NCBI GenBank assembly: GCA_964019425.1
Contig: OZ025791.1
Coordinates: 372,001 to 436,000, forward strand
DNA length: 64,000 nt
Source: Flectonema sp. DT1601
Lineage: Eukaryota
Reading direction: 5' to 3'
Shown here: one piece after another, positions 1 through 12,305 of the stretch
Numbering within the stretch: position 1 is the stretch's first letter
Layout: each line of letters opens with the position of its first letter
The notes under the pieces: generated by a model
Seen by the model: the letters and a program-made list of their open reading frames with translations, nothing else
What the model was told of the DNA's origin: nothing
The model's database searches: none
Program-made: the position numbers and the translations under genes

Positions 1-157
1 GCATTCTACTGAATTTTGTTACTACTGATACAAAGAACCACGTCGCTCCGACAGCGGCAATGAACCCAGCAGAGAATACTTTCTTAACTACATCTTTCAA
101 AAAGGATAATATTTGATTTCCTTGTTGTGGAATGTCTTCTTTTGTTTTGTCTTCCAT
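1..157 (-). CDS. 5' part of a hypothetical membrane protein running off the window start
   Basis: Manual translation from ATG at 157 is open to base 1: MEDKTKEDIPQQGNQILSFLKDVVKKVFSAGFIAAVGATWFFVSVVTKFSRM. It has a hydrophobic segment and is on the same strand as all other genes. Not in the ORF track. Confidence 0.6.
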   Translation of the reverse strand, partial: MEDKTKEDIPQQGNQILSFLKDVVKKVFSAGFIAAVGATWFFVSVVTKFSRM

Positions 158-2356
158 TTTATGTAAATGTAATAATCCTAAGAGAGTGTATTGTGAGACT
201 TGTATTTATTTTTTTGAATAACAGGTGACAAAGTTAACATAAATAATCCAAATATGCACCGCCCGCTGTAGCGGGTAGCTTATCTGACAGAACTGTTATC
301 GACGTTTTGTTTCTATTCTTTCGATTCTTTTGTTTATTTCCGTTTTTTTTTTTTTTTTTTTTTTTTCACTCTCTTTTTCCCCTGAAATCGTTTCTTCTTT
401 CGTTCTTTTTTTTTTTTTTTTTTCCATTGTATAATTTACATTGAGAACCTTTTGTCTAGGTGTAGACATGATGCCCAAAGAGAGACGTCAACATCAAACT
501 GCATTAATAACATAACAAAACTCGAACACAAAATTTAAAAAAATAAAAATAAAAAATGAAATAATTGGATCGACAGTGGTCGTTTGACCCTAAGAGACTC
601 AAATATGTGATTGACATCACTGACCGATGACAACTTTTCTTTATCTCCAACTTGCACACAGCAGTGCGCATATCTGCAAAGACAACAGTTAGGGTTTAAA
701 CCATGTTGCTTCTTAGGATCTCTTACACTAAGTAGCAACAACAGGAATTGACGACAACTATTAAGAGATCCGCAGAAGAAAAGTTGAAAATAAAACAACA
801 AAAAAAAAAAAAAAAAGCAGCTGGTCTGTGTGAAAAACAATTATTATTATGAGACAATAGTAACATCAGCACTTCACCCCAAAAAAAAAAAAAAAATATA
901 AAAAAAAGAACAACAGACTTATCAGCGCAATACACCTCACGTATGTAATCTATCGCACAGCTCACTCAAGAAGATGAATGAGCAATCCTTAAGAATTTTA
1001 ATATTTACTATTGCCTTACATTTCAAGTAGTTCCGTTTCTTTTTTACTTTTTTTTTTTGAAAAACAACGAGAAACTAAAACACAAACAAAACAATACACA
1101 TTGACAATAAACACACAAGGAATGTTGAGTGTCGGGCTCGTTTAACAGGAAGTGACTGATCCCTCGGCCGAAGCCCATGTTGGGTTTGAATGAATGTTAA
1201 GTGAAATGAAGTCAAATCAAAACATCTTTATCTGACACATGATAAGTATTGTGATGGTTTACTACTCATGATCTAACGTCAGATAAGAGGAAACCTTTAT
1301 AGCAAAAAAAAAAAAAAAAAAAAGTAACAAAACTGATATCAACTAACTCATCAGAACATTAATCTTCCTGATTGGGAGATCAAACAACAAAAACAGATTC
1401 AGGCTGTAAGACTCGTAGTGAGAAATGTTATCAAAACGTTCAACTGTATTTCTAAAATATTTATAGCAAACAAAGCTTTATTCCATTTTATAAAATGCCA
1501 TATAATCTTCCTTACTGGGGAGATTCTCAAAACAAAACATGTACATGAGCCATGCCTACAGTCTGCAGTTTTTGCCGCCGTTGCCATTTCTGTTGCAAGT
1601 TGCACAGCGCGTGTCTTTGTGTTCACACGCTAATGCAACAGACAGCTGGTCTTAGAATTGACGAGACTCGACTCCTTGAAGCAGTGTCGAATCTTTTCTA
1701 ATTCTTATTTCCGATGAACTATTTATGTTGGTAAGAATAAAATCGAAAAAAAAAGGAAATTGCAATCACTAAAAAGGCTGGGTCGCAAGCTGACTTTTGC
1801 AAAAACCAGCATTGGCACGCTTAGCGATGTTAAACTTGCGAACGAAAAAAAACTTTTTTTTTTTTTTTTTTTTTTTTGAAGAAACTCAGAAAGTAAACAA
1901 CAATCTCAACTACCAAAAGAGAGTTCTTAGTGAACCCTCTTTGGGTATCCAGAGTTTTTATTCTTTCCAAAGACGACAGAGAACTTTGGAACCTAACGTT
2001 TACAGGCTTGTTTCTGCTGAACAAAAACAAAGTGCAAGAATCTTACAACAATTGTGGTGGTACAATGATACCTGTCAATAGAGACTATGATGAGTTATAT
2101 ATACTAACAGTACTTAATAACAAGTGTCTCAGCCGCGCACAAGACAATTCAAATTGGGTTTTATTTATGTATTTTAATTTCTAATATTCGTTAGCAAGCA
2201 TCGAAAAATTAAAAAAAAATTAAAAAAATATTATTATTATAATACTACTATTTCCTCAGTCAACCTGAAAAGGTTCTCAAAAAAGAAACTTCAGAGTCTT
2301 GCTAACAAATACAACTTCTTAAAAGAAAATTAAACCAACCGTATATCTGGTAACGG

Positions 2357-4351
2357 TTAGCTGTCAAGCGGTGGCAGAGTAGGAAGGCTCATTAGAATAT
2401 TGAGACGGTTGTCACTAATATCAACGCTTTCGCATCTGACACTATTTATGCTCTTAGTAGTGTATTCCCATGTGTTGTCATTTTCTACTACTCCAACTTG
2501 AGCTAAATCATTTGTTACGGTATCACACATTTCTTCTAAAGATGTAATCAGCTCATCAGGAGAAACGCATTCAGAAGTTTCAAATAACTCCGACAATTTA
2601 GTTTTTATGTTATTTTTAAAATCTTGAAGACAATCAACAGTCTGCTGAACCTCCTCAGTCTTGAATGCTCTCTGTGCCGGAGTTTGAAGGTATCTTGCTC
2701 CCTCATCAGCGCAATCATTTATAAGTCCGAAACACTTAAATAGTTTTTGAATATATTCTCGACAACTCTTTACTAAAAGTAGTCTCACATCATCCTGAGA
2801 TGCAATGTAGTCTAATGTTGCCTTTGAAAGCTGTCTTAGATGACATACAGCGAGAGGAGTTGCGAAATTATCACAGAGAGCTCCATGAACGTTTGCCTGA
2901 GTTTCTAATAAGAAATCATTTAATTTCTTTTCTGGTTCTCGCCATGACTGCCTCCCTGCGAGTGTTGATATCATGTCATCGTCGAGTAACGCATCAACGA
3001 CTTTAAAAAAGTTACTAAATATCTCCTCCTGTTGTAAGGCTGCATTCATACTATTCTTTGAGAACATAATCGCTCCATCATAAGGATGCAATAAAAATAA
3101 CATTCGAAGTTGAGCAGCTGTATAGCACTCTAATGCTCCTTGAATTGTTAGGAAATTCTTTAATCCATGCATCATGTTTCTGCCATCAATATGAAGATGA
3201 CCGTGGTGAATGAAGTAATTAACCCATGAGTCAGTCTCCCAATGTGCCTCTGATTGAGCTAATTCACTGTCATGGTGGGGGAATTTTAGATCCTCTCCAC
3301 CACTATGAACGTCAAACTTCTCACCTAGTATCTCGCTAGCCATTACACTGCATTCAATGTGCCAACCGGGTCTGCCAAACCCCCATGGAGATTCCCATTT
3401 TGGTTCCAACTCTTTGCTATTTTTCCATAAGACAAAATCTTTAGGATGTCTTTTTTCCATATTCGCAGAGACATTACAATACAAAACACCTTCACAATTA
3501 CCTGTCAAGGTTCCCTTTGTATCGTGACCAGAACACACAGGCATTAATTTAGCATACGTGTGCTTCTTTGTGAACGCAGTAATGTCGAAATAGATGTTTC
3601 CATTGGACTCGTATGCGTAACCATTGTTCATAATACGTTCAACAAAACTAATAATCGATGGTATGAATTCAGTTACTCGGGTTATGACAGTTGGTGGTCG
3701 GATACCAAGGCGTTTCATGTCTGCAAAAAATAGACGTTCCATTTCTCTGGTTAGTGGACTTGTGTCTATTGGGCTTTGGTTTCCTACTAGTCTGGCTTTT
3801 GTTGGACTAACTGGTACGGTGCTGAGTGGATCTGAAACTTGAATGCAATTTTCACTCAGCCATCTTCTTGCTAAAGTTGTTGTTTTTTCTTCACAAAGAT
3901 GTGATCCTCCAATTTCTGTTAAAGACTTCAGAGCATCTTGCCAACTCCATCCTTCGTCTAAAAAAGTTTGAATCTGACGAGTTCTTACAATAATCTTATC
4001 ATCAATATCAGTTATTCCCATACACATTACAATTTCATAACCAAAGTAGTCTTGCATGACTCTTCGTATTATATCAAATGTTAAATATGTTCTGCAGTGG
4101 CCTAAGTGAGGCATGTCACAAACAGTTGGTCCACAAGTGTACCATTTCACAACCTTTCCTTCGTTAGGAACGAATTCCATTAATCCGTGAGCTAACGTGT
4201 TGTTTATCATTAAAACAGCATCACCTTCTCCTTCAACACTCTTTCTCTTCTGAGGAATCTTACTCTTACTCTTGCTCCCTTCCATTTCAATGTCTACGTG
4301 GCGTATTGACCCGCATGAATGCGGATGCATGTCTTCCGGACACACAGGCAT
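2357..4351 (-). CDS. Cysteinyl-tRNA synthetase-like protein with degenerate KMSKS motif
   Basis: WYTCGPTV, PHLGH (HIGH), TDIDDKII, DFVLWK, WESPWGFGRPGWHIECS, DLKFPHHDSELAQSEA and a DALR-like LCDNFATP are present. The KMSKS position reads NMMHG. Confidence 0.92.
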   Translation of the reverse strand: MPVCPEDMHPHSCGSIRHVDIEMEGSKSKSKIPQKRKSVEGEGDAVLMINNTLAHGLMEFVPNEGKVVKWYTCGPTVCDMPHLGHCRTYLTFDIIRRVMQDYFGYEIVMCMGITDIDDKIIVRTRQIQTFLDEGWSWQDALKSLTEIGGSHLCEEKTTTLARRWLSENCIQVSDPLSTVPVSPTKARLVGNQSPIDTSPLTREMERLFFADMKRLGIRPPTVITRVTEFIPSIISFVERIMNNGYAYESNGNIYFDITAFTKKHTYAKLMPVCSGHDTKGTLTGNCEGVLYCNVSANMEKRHPKDFVLWKNSKELEPKWESPWGFGRPGWHIECSVMASEILGEKFDVHSGGEDLKFPHHDSELAQSEAHWETDSWVNYFIHHGHLHIDGRNMMHGLKNFLTIQGALECYTAAQLRMLFLLHPYDGAIMFSKNSMNAALQQEEIFSNFFKVVDALLDDDMISTLAGRQSWREPEKKLNDFLLETQANVHGALCDNFATPLAVCHLRQLSKATLDYIASQDDVRLLLVKSCREYIQKLFKCFGLINDCADEGARYLQTPAQRAFKTEEVQQTVDCLQDFKNNIKTKLSELFETSECVSPDELITSLEEMCDTVTNDLAQVGVVENDNTWEYTTKSINSVRCESVDISDNRLNILMSLPTLPPLDS

Positions 4352-5152
4352 TATATTACTCTTCTGATATGGGGGATAATTTGATACTAATATTAAATGG
4401 AGGAGAGAGATATTATATAAAATATATTTAAGAAGTGTTCCCTTATCATTTTATTAACATGTCATTGGTTTACTTTAGACCTGTTGGGAACTGAACTCTG
4501 ATTCTCAAATAAAAAGAAAGGTTCACAAATCACTGAGATAGCCTTGTTATAATCGAGAGCAGTAGGCGTGCATAACGATTGGGGAAGTGGGAAGGTTCAT
4601 GGGCAGTTGATGATATGGGCTAGACACAACTCAAGAGATTCTTGACTAATATAAAGAATACTCAGTACACACATCGCTATCACAATGAAAGCTGTTCTTT
4701 TTCAAAGGATTTGCTTAAAAAGGTCATCAACACTATTGCCACCTAAAGACGATTCTACTACTGAGACCTAACCGACTAGAGTCGGTTAGACGTAAAACAC
4801 ATTTCATGTTGTTACAATCGGGGGGGCTTCACCTTATTGTAGTTAACGATATCTACCTATTACTACGACGGGTTGTTTTATATCACATATAGTACATCTT
4901 AGTACTCACAGCTAATAGTAAACAATACCAACCTAATCACACGACTACTTCACCTTCCCAAAACTGGGGTCGTATTTCCACGTTTAAAAACAACAGTTGC
5001 GGAATCAGAAAGGGTTAATGAGAAATATGTGACGGGAGAGGAGGATGGGTTCACGGAAAAGGATAGTAGTTAGTATAAAAGATATAACACAAAGAAAGGG
5101 AACGACTACCATGATTAGGCTTCCTTGATTACAACTAGTCTGTGGATATGTT

Positions 5153-7096
5153 TTATAAAGTGTTGTGATTTATTTGAACGAAGCCGTCATCGTCATCTTC
5201 ATCAGAGGAAGGACACAACATGCTGTCACTGCCGTATATATTGTCTACTAGTTTACACTCGTTAGAGTCTTCAGTATTATTATTAGTTACTGATTGTTGT
5301 TCGGTTGGTAACTCAGTGGAGTTATTTGTTGCTTTAGATTTCATTTCTAAGGCTTGTCTTATTATCTGAAGCTGCTCTTCAGATGTATTTTCGTCTTTTA
5401 ATTTCTCCTTTAATTCCTCCACTGTTAGAGAATCAGCACTACATTGACCAAATTCATTTATTCTTGTTTTATCAATTTGGTAAACATAATACTGTCCGAG
5501 ATAGATAAGAAATATTGCGTCATCTCTGAGGGTTGCAAGTCTGTGAGCGGTCGGCATTTCCATTGAAAAAGCGAAGATGTCGTCTATGAATGTAGTGATA
5601 GCCTTGTAAATAAAAGCTCTCCAAGGCATGTGAGCAACACTTTTTAATTTGTAATTGACGAATAGCTGAGGAGTCATCATCGCACATCCGAACCAATAAA
5701 TAAACCTCACAAGCGTACTCAAAACAAAATTATAATAACCCTTGAAACTATGATAAATAAGAGAATAAATTGAGTATATAACTAGCAGGGGAACCATTCC
5801 AAAAAATAAATATTTCGCAGCCATTTGATCATATTTTATTGTTTCATCATTAGCACTGTTAGTATCCTCTGCAAGTATATGCCTGAATTTGTAAACTTTC
5901 CAAAGCTCTATAGCTATACCAAAACCGACATTTAAAGTTATAAGTTTACTCGTATCATTATCAACCAGGTATAAGAATATTACCGTCTGCATTGCAATTC
6001 GCATTGTCATTGACGACATCGATTGCCCGGTGACCTTCTTTTGTTTTCTCCAAAACTGAACATCATTCTTAAACGCTAAAAAGCTGAATAACGAATGCAA
6101 CATTGACACAGTCACTATTAAGATTAGCGTTTGAGGTGGACCCCTCAACAATTGTCGGATTTCAGAGTTGCGATCCATAAGACCGCTTTCTTCGTGCATT
6201 TTAAAATTTTCGAATATTGTAAAAACAGGCAGGCTTACTGATGAAATGTTAACAGTAATACTTAGCGGATCTTCAGTTTCTGAAGTGGTGTTTATAAGTT
6301 TATAGTCAGACAGATCAATCCAGAAATCATTTTCTACAACTAGCGGGAAGTAAGTTTTCTTATCCCACTGGTATTGAAGATATTTTGTGAATATTTCAGG
6401 CATTTCGTTTGGCTTCATCTTTCCAGTGAAGTCCTCGACTATAGAAAATGCGACAACAGATTGCCAAACAGGATACCACAAGTCTTCATTCTCACATACC
6501 TCAGTTGATGAAGAGTCGTCCGATAAAAGATTTCTCGTTCGCTTTTTAGCTGATCGAAAACTAACTAATTTGTGAGAATACGTTGCTGTCAATGCACCAG
6601 GAGCAGTAAACTCAAGATGAAGCCATAATGATTGATTTCTTGCTAATATATCAACAGGAAGCTCTTGTGTTACTGATAACGATGATATTTTACCAAAGGT
6701 ACTCTTCCACTTCCGAAGTCGTTGTACGTCTTGTGAAGAAGACATGTCATCGGAATCGCTGATGTAGGCGGAAATCGCTATTCTCATTCCACGTTGGTAT
6801 TCAGATTGAAGTACCAGATTGTCTCTCTTGTCTGGCTTACCAGATGGCTTAGCGACTTTACCTTTAGCGTTCCCGGTAGTAACATTAGTAGGATTCCAGA
6901 AATAGCTCAAAAAGAACATTCCTAAAGTGATCACAGCCATCCTATTCCGAATTACTTTCGCAATGAAACGCTGCACTACTCCCCCGATATTGTTCGGTTT
7001 GTCTTCAGGTTTTCCTTCTTTCTCGGGTGAAGTAGCACCCTCAACTTCCGGATTCACCACATCCGGTTTAAGCTCTTCCTTGGACGAATCACTCAT
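5153..7096 (-). CDS. CLPTM1: CLPTM1 family multi-pass membrane protein (lipid scramblase family)
   Basis: FLAFKNDVQFW, MMTPQLFVNYKLKSVAHMPWRAFIYKAITTFIDDIFAF and HRLATLRDD are family signatures. Confidence 0.93.
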   Translation of the reverse strand: MSDSSKEELKPDVVNPEVEGATSPEKEGKPEDKPNNIGGVVQRFIAKVIRNRMAVITLGMFFLSYFWNPTNVTTGNAKGKVAKPSGKPDKRDNLVLQSEYQRGMRIAISAYISDSDDMSSSQDVQRLRKWKSTFGKISSLSVTQELPVDILARNQSLWLHLEFTAPGALTATYSHKLVSFRSAKKRTRNLLSDDSSSTEVCENEDLWYPVWQSVVAFSIVEDFTGKMKPNEMPEIFTKYLQYQWDKKTYFPLVVENDFWIDLSDYKLINTTSETEDPLSITVNISSVSLPVFTIFENFKMHEESGLMDRNSEIRQLLRGPPQTLILIVTVSMLHSLFSFLAFKNDVQFWRKQKKVTGQSMSSMTMRIAMQTVIFLYLVDNDTSKLITLNVGFGIAIELWKVYKFRHILAEDTNSANDETIKYDQMAAKYLFFGMVPLLVIYSIYSLIYHSFKGYYNFVLSTLVRFIYWFGCAMMTPQLFVNYKLKSVAHMPWRAFIYKAITTFIDDIFAFSMEMPTAHRLATLRDDAIFLIYLGQYYVYQIDKTRINEFGQCSADSLTVEELKEKLKDENTSEEQLQIIRQALEMKSKATNNSTELPTEQQSVTNNNTEDSNECKLVDNIYGSDSMLCPSSDEDDDDGFVQINHNTL

Positions 7097-7111
7097 CTCG
7101 TATATGAAGCA

Positions 7112-7130
7112 CTGAATAAAGAGATAATGA
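7112..7130 (-). promoter_or_regulatory. Putative spliced-leader trans-splice acceptor (example; CLPTM1)
   Basis: tcattatctctttattcag ends 15 nt upstream of the ATG. Similar U/C-rich CAG elements end at 13618, 20251, 37281, 63982 and upstream of most other genes. Confidence 0.55.
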
Positions 7131-10100
7131 ATTATTTACGTAAAGGTTTTGGTTTTCTTAGTTCTCAAACTACTGCTTTGGTAGTTTGCGTATTTTATTA
7201 TTAATAAAGTTAACAAGCAATCAATAAAAGTAAAAGTTGTAACTTCGTGTAGTACACGTAGTGAATTATTGCTTTGATTTAGAAGAGTTGCTTTGTTGTA
7301 AAGATAAGCCGAATTCTAATTGTAATTAATAAGAACACGTCAAGTCTTCTTGAAGTCAACAACTCGCCAGCAACCAAGTAGGAAGTTTCTGACAAACCAC
7401 TATGAAAAACATCGGATTAACAAGTGCAGCTTCACTAACTAATCAGAAACAACTGACCACACTCTCACATTTTATTTTAACCCCCCGTTTTTTTTTTTTT
7501 TTTTTTAAATTTCTTTTTTCTCATTTCCCATTCCTTTATATTTCTTCAGCCGTCTCAATGATAAAGAGAAGCAACCAAGAAGTGAGTGAAAGGAGGGGTT
7601 ATAGTTAAGAAAAAGACATAGAACAGACAGTTTTTTGTACATAACATTCATTAATGATAGAGTTAAAATATGAGTTTATTATAAACACCTTGTTCTGCTG
7701 TTCCATAATACACCGTGGAATACAGTAAGCTATAAAAGTAATAGTCAGAATGAGTTAGAAGAAGGACGCAGTCGCATCAGCTGAGGTTCGTTCGTGAGTC
7801 GAGGTATTGACTCTAGTCGCAAGTAATTCAGAGGAGATCATCAAATTTTATTCATTCATTTTTGCAGGTGGTGTTTGTTTATTTTCTGACTCACCCAACG
7901 GGGTATATAACTAAAAACCGTTAACATATACAACGACTTTAGAGAAGACGTTTTTTTGAAAAGAAATTTAGACCCTCGAATTTGAAGATTTTTTCTTTTT
8001 TTTAAAAGTAACGCAGCAAACATAAAAATACCACGGAATTGTACCCTTGACGTATTCCCAACCACTAACTCGTGCATGAAGTGATTCCTTTAAAGAAACA
8101 GCTCATGCAGAACGCGTTAACAGTATGTACATGAAAGCAAACAAGAGTTCAGGAACTTCGCAGGTAATTATAACAAAAAACAAATACCAATAATGAATGT
8201 AAAACAAAGGGTGATCGAGAACTGATATCCTCGATTTTACGTTCATTGAATAAAAAAGAGCGTGAAATGATGCCCATAGTGGGGGGTTAAAGTTGCTATA
8301 ATCAATATCCCGGTGCGGCTATTCCTTAATCACACTATCAATGCAGTACTTTTCGAACGAGTACCTCGTAGGGAGAAACTAAGCAAAAAGAATAACATAA
8401 GCCGTGGCAAATGGGTGTAAAGAAAAAAAAAAGATTAAACGCCGACCTTTCAGTCGGCATCAAAATCAAGTGTAACAATACCGCCTGCTTGTTTTCTGTT
8501 TCCCTGAAGTTATGTTGAGAGAAATAAATATCAATACAGGCGGTTACAGGTAATATAGTATCTTGGGACACGAAAAAAAAAAAAAAAAAAAAGTGTGCGA
8601 AACATATCAGGAGGCAGCCCCACTCAATGTTAGTTAAAATAAAATAAAGTTATAATAAAATAATCAAAACATCCTCCTGAAGAGGTGTTCTCAAAAAACG
8701 AAACATTCAAAGGAATTCGTGTGAGGAACTCTTTGAGTCTCAAGATAACGTTGTTAGATAAAAGATTTTGAAAGAAAAGAAACAAAAAGAAAGAAAAAAA
8801 AAATTACACCACAACAAAGGAAGTACAAGTAAATAAAGGTCAGCTCTTTAAAAAGAATATTTTGAGCACCAGGCTAGCCAACCACATCTTATGCCACAAC
8901 AAGGAAAGATGAGGGGGAATTGATATCGCTCGTGTCCCCTGCGTATTGGAATCCATCTGTACGCAATGTTTACATCAATAAGAGCAAGAAATTCGAAGCT
9001 CCATTATGGTCAGTTTCTGCGTTGCTCCATGTTGCTCCAGTGAAAATTATATAATGTACTTCATTGCTTTAAGGTGCGAAGTTATTTACGATAAACGAAT
9101 AATGGAAAGGAAGGGGTGATAGTTCGACAAAAATTTACTTAAAATAAAGTAATAAGGTTAAACCAAAAAGCTTGGCAGAGGAATTATAAAAAAGGGGGAA
9201 GGGGGAGAGATTTTTTTTAATTGCGTTGGCTGAATTCATTTCCAATGAAACACAGCTCAGTCACAGTTAGAATATGAGTTTATTTGTAATAATTATTATA
9301 AGTCAATCAAAAAAAAAGTTTATTAGTCAGTTAGCACACAAGACAATACAATTTGTAGGTGTAAAAAAAAAAAAAAAAAAAAACGGGGAAAAAACATCCC
9401 TAGTAGAGAAAACAACTCCAACAGAGTTACCTGCGAGTGTGTGATGCAACTAATAAACGAAAGACAAAAATAAATAAATAAAAATAAAATAAAATAATAC
9501 GAGAAATGTGCTGAACAACCTTCTCTATGGACCAACCACAGACTGAACCAGCTCAATAGGGAATAGTTCTGTTTTTAGTTACCAAACTAATAACCCAAAC
9601 TGTGCTAAGGTATGTTAGTCACAGTATTGTTACACACGTAGCCAATTAAAAAAAAAAAACAGCACAACATTTCTACAGGTAATAATAATAACAATTTTCA
9701 ACAGAAAGACACTGCTCCTGTTGGTCTTTTTTCCATGGCAACTAGATTTTGAATTTCTCGGCTTGTTAAGACCTTTAAGAACGAGAGGTCAAAAAAAAAA
9801 AACAAATAAATAAAAAAAAACAGACCTATTAAGCCTTAAGGTAATTTAATTAGATATATTGAGTGGAGACTGTCGCTGTTTTTTTTTTGACGAACTTTCA
9901 AATAGAAATTGAGCTTCGCATCCACTCCGCAGATGAACTGCTTCACCATCAGGTGCCGTGTAGTCTTGCTTAGCATTCGGGAAGAAGAAAGAAGAAGAAA
10001 AAACTCCCTCCTCCTCCCCCCCGAGGTGACAACGAATATAAAAGTATTATTTAAAAAGCCTACCACAGTGAAAGGGGAAGAAAGAAAAAAAAAGAGAACA

Positions 10101-10833
10101 AAAAGGAAATATAGAGCAGTAGATTTTTTAAAAAAAAGGGTGTGAAAATAGAAAACAGTAAATGAACTTTATAATACTAAAATAAGTAATAAAGTTAAAC
10201 TGAAATATGCTTTATTTTAGAATAGTTAAAAAGTGGGTAGAGGGCTGTGGTATCCACTACCCGTAAAGAAGGCTGTCCCTCAACAGACAAAAAAAAAACC
10301 AATTAATAGTATGAAACACAAAAAAAATTCAAGTCGCAATTTCCAACTGTTTTATGTTCTTTGCATGTACCTGGGCAGAATGCCACAAGTATTGCTTACA
10401 TGACAGTGTGAAAATAATTTTTATATCTCTAACTGGACTCTGTGTGAGAATACAACATAAAAAAAGAAAGGTAAAAAAAGAAAATTGATAGATTCGATCG
10501 TCGAGGTCGGGGGGGGGAGATTTTTTTATAATTATTTATTCAAATCTGATGTCACTTTAAACTTTCTTAATAGTGAATCCATAAGATGAATATTATGATG
10601 CTATTTCTATTTGTTCTTTCTTATTAAGTGATTGCCGCAGATTCGATACGGGCTTACTTTTGTAGGCGCATTGCTCTACTTTCCTATCGTGTCAATATTA
10701 TTATAAAGTTGTTCAGTTCAGAAGTAACTTATTCGCATATCTGATTGCGATAAAGAAACTTTCGTTATCTGCATCTCTTTGTAACAAAAAAAAAAAAATT
10801 AAAAAAAAAAAAATTATTATTATTATCTCTACC

Positions 10834-11940
10834 TTAAGCCACAGCCGCCAAGTGATATGCAGCATCTTCGGCATCGAAATCTAGATGCTCGAAAGTTGTA
10901 GATGAGCGTTGAAATCCACTTCTCATACGAGGCTTTGGATAACTCTCTAAAACTTTTAATAGACATCTGATAAACAATGAAGTGTTGTCAGACATTTTAT
11001 ACGAGTCGCTATCTTTTTGAATTGCACGCAACAGTTGCTCTCCTCTGTAGTCATACAAAGGAACTAATAAACAACACAATGCAATGATCGTCGAGGGATA
11101 TTCATAAAACAATCCATTATGAACCAAACAGAAATCATAAACCTTTGGAGCATAGATATTTAAATTGTCTTCATCGAGAATGATTTCTCTACTGAAAGGA
11201 AGCTTGTCTATGACACTACTCTCACTGTAGTCTTCAGGAGGTGAAGCGTATCTCTCAGCAGCCGTAAGCAGTTTATAAGCATAGTTGTCACTCAATGGCG
11301 ATGAGTGTTTTAAATAAGTTAAAAACGATAAACATTGATCCTCATCATCATCATCATCATCATCCTTGTGAAGTAGTAGTAGCATTTCCTGCAGTGTTAT
11401 GTTTGGAATCTTTTGTAAGGCATCACACCAGTACACAAGCTGGTCCCATGTAGTTATAAAGTGCATGGAATTACCCAGAGCTTGTAAGGCTGCCATTTCG
11501 TAGTCTAAAATAATTGAGGATGATTGTCTTTTAAAAAACTGAGCGATCGAATCGATGTGAGGCATTATCGATTCCTCAGTCTTAACAGAGATCATGACAC
11601 AGGCTATAACGTAAAGATTCAGATCTGACAGAGAAACATAAATCTTACTGGTCACAACGTCAAGCATCTGTAATGCTAATGCTTGTGTTCTACTTCCATA
11701 ACGTGAATTACACAAGTGTTGAAAACACTCTGTAGTCTTTCTAATCATGTCAATTACTTTACATCTTCCAAACTTTTCTATTTCATGATTATCGCAATGT
11801 AAGTGAGTTCCCCTTTCACCATTCCACTGCAACACGTTACATAATTCTGTTACTGTGTCTTCTGCTTTCCATAAATCCAGCTCACTACTGTCTTTGAATC
11901 TCTTGTTTGTTAACCAACGCGACACATTCTGAGGTGCCAT
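10834..11940 (-). CDS. Divergent cyclin (cyclin N-terminal box)
   Basis: TQALALQMLD...LYVIACVMISVKTEE...ILDYEMAALQALGNSMHFIT follows the cyclin-box pattern; C-terminal YPSTIIALCCL. Confidence 0.8.
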   Translation of the reverse strand: MAPQNVSRWLTNKRFKDSSELDLWKAEDTVTELCNVLQWNGERGTHLHCDNHEIEKFGRCKVIDMIRKTTECFQHLCNSRYGSRTQALALQMLDVVTSKIYVSLSDLNLYVIACVMISVKTEESIMPHIDSIAQFFKRQSSSIILDYEMAALQALGNSMHFITTWDQLVYWCDALQKIPNITLQEMLLLLHKDDDDDDDEDQCLSFLTYLKHSSPLSDNYAYKLLTAAERYASPPEDYSESSVIDKLPFSREIILDEDNLNIYAPKVYDFCLVHNGLFYEYPSTIIALCCLLVPLYDYRGEQLLRAIQKDSDSYKMSDNTSLFIRCLLKVLESYPKPRMRSGFQRSSTTFEHLDFDAEDAAYHLAAVA

Positions 11941-12305
11941 TTTTCTTTTATTTATATTTGATGATAACTTTTTTTGACAATATAATATTATGTTTGGTAA
12001 TAATAATAATAATTCTTCCGTGACAATCTTGTCTGATGTTTGGTAGGGTTTATCGCATATTTATTATGTGTAGTACTGTTTTGTTAACATTGAAGAGAAT
12101 ATTACTCCACTTTTTATACTTTAACTGACCACCGTTCGCACAACTTTTCGAACAACATCATTCTTTGACGGCATTGCCGTGGGTATTATGTTCTAAGGTT
12201 TGACTTATATTTCAAAGTCGTGTTTTCGTGTGGTTTGCCAGCTGAAAAGTTGACTCAGACCCACAAATCATGAAATACGAACAAACTACGGTACAGTTAT
12301 GTTGA

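Noticed and set aside
296..2184. Short F-rich or K-rich ORFs here and throughout 7400-10150, 14870-18820, 34423-34693 and 61855-62046
   Set aside because: Translations of poly-T/poly-A tracts with no family motifs.
4768..4789. Perfect 9-bp hairpin ctaaccgac-taga-gtcggttag
   Set aside because: Isolated and short, with no supporting context; bacterial terminators are not relevant here.
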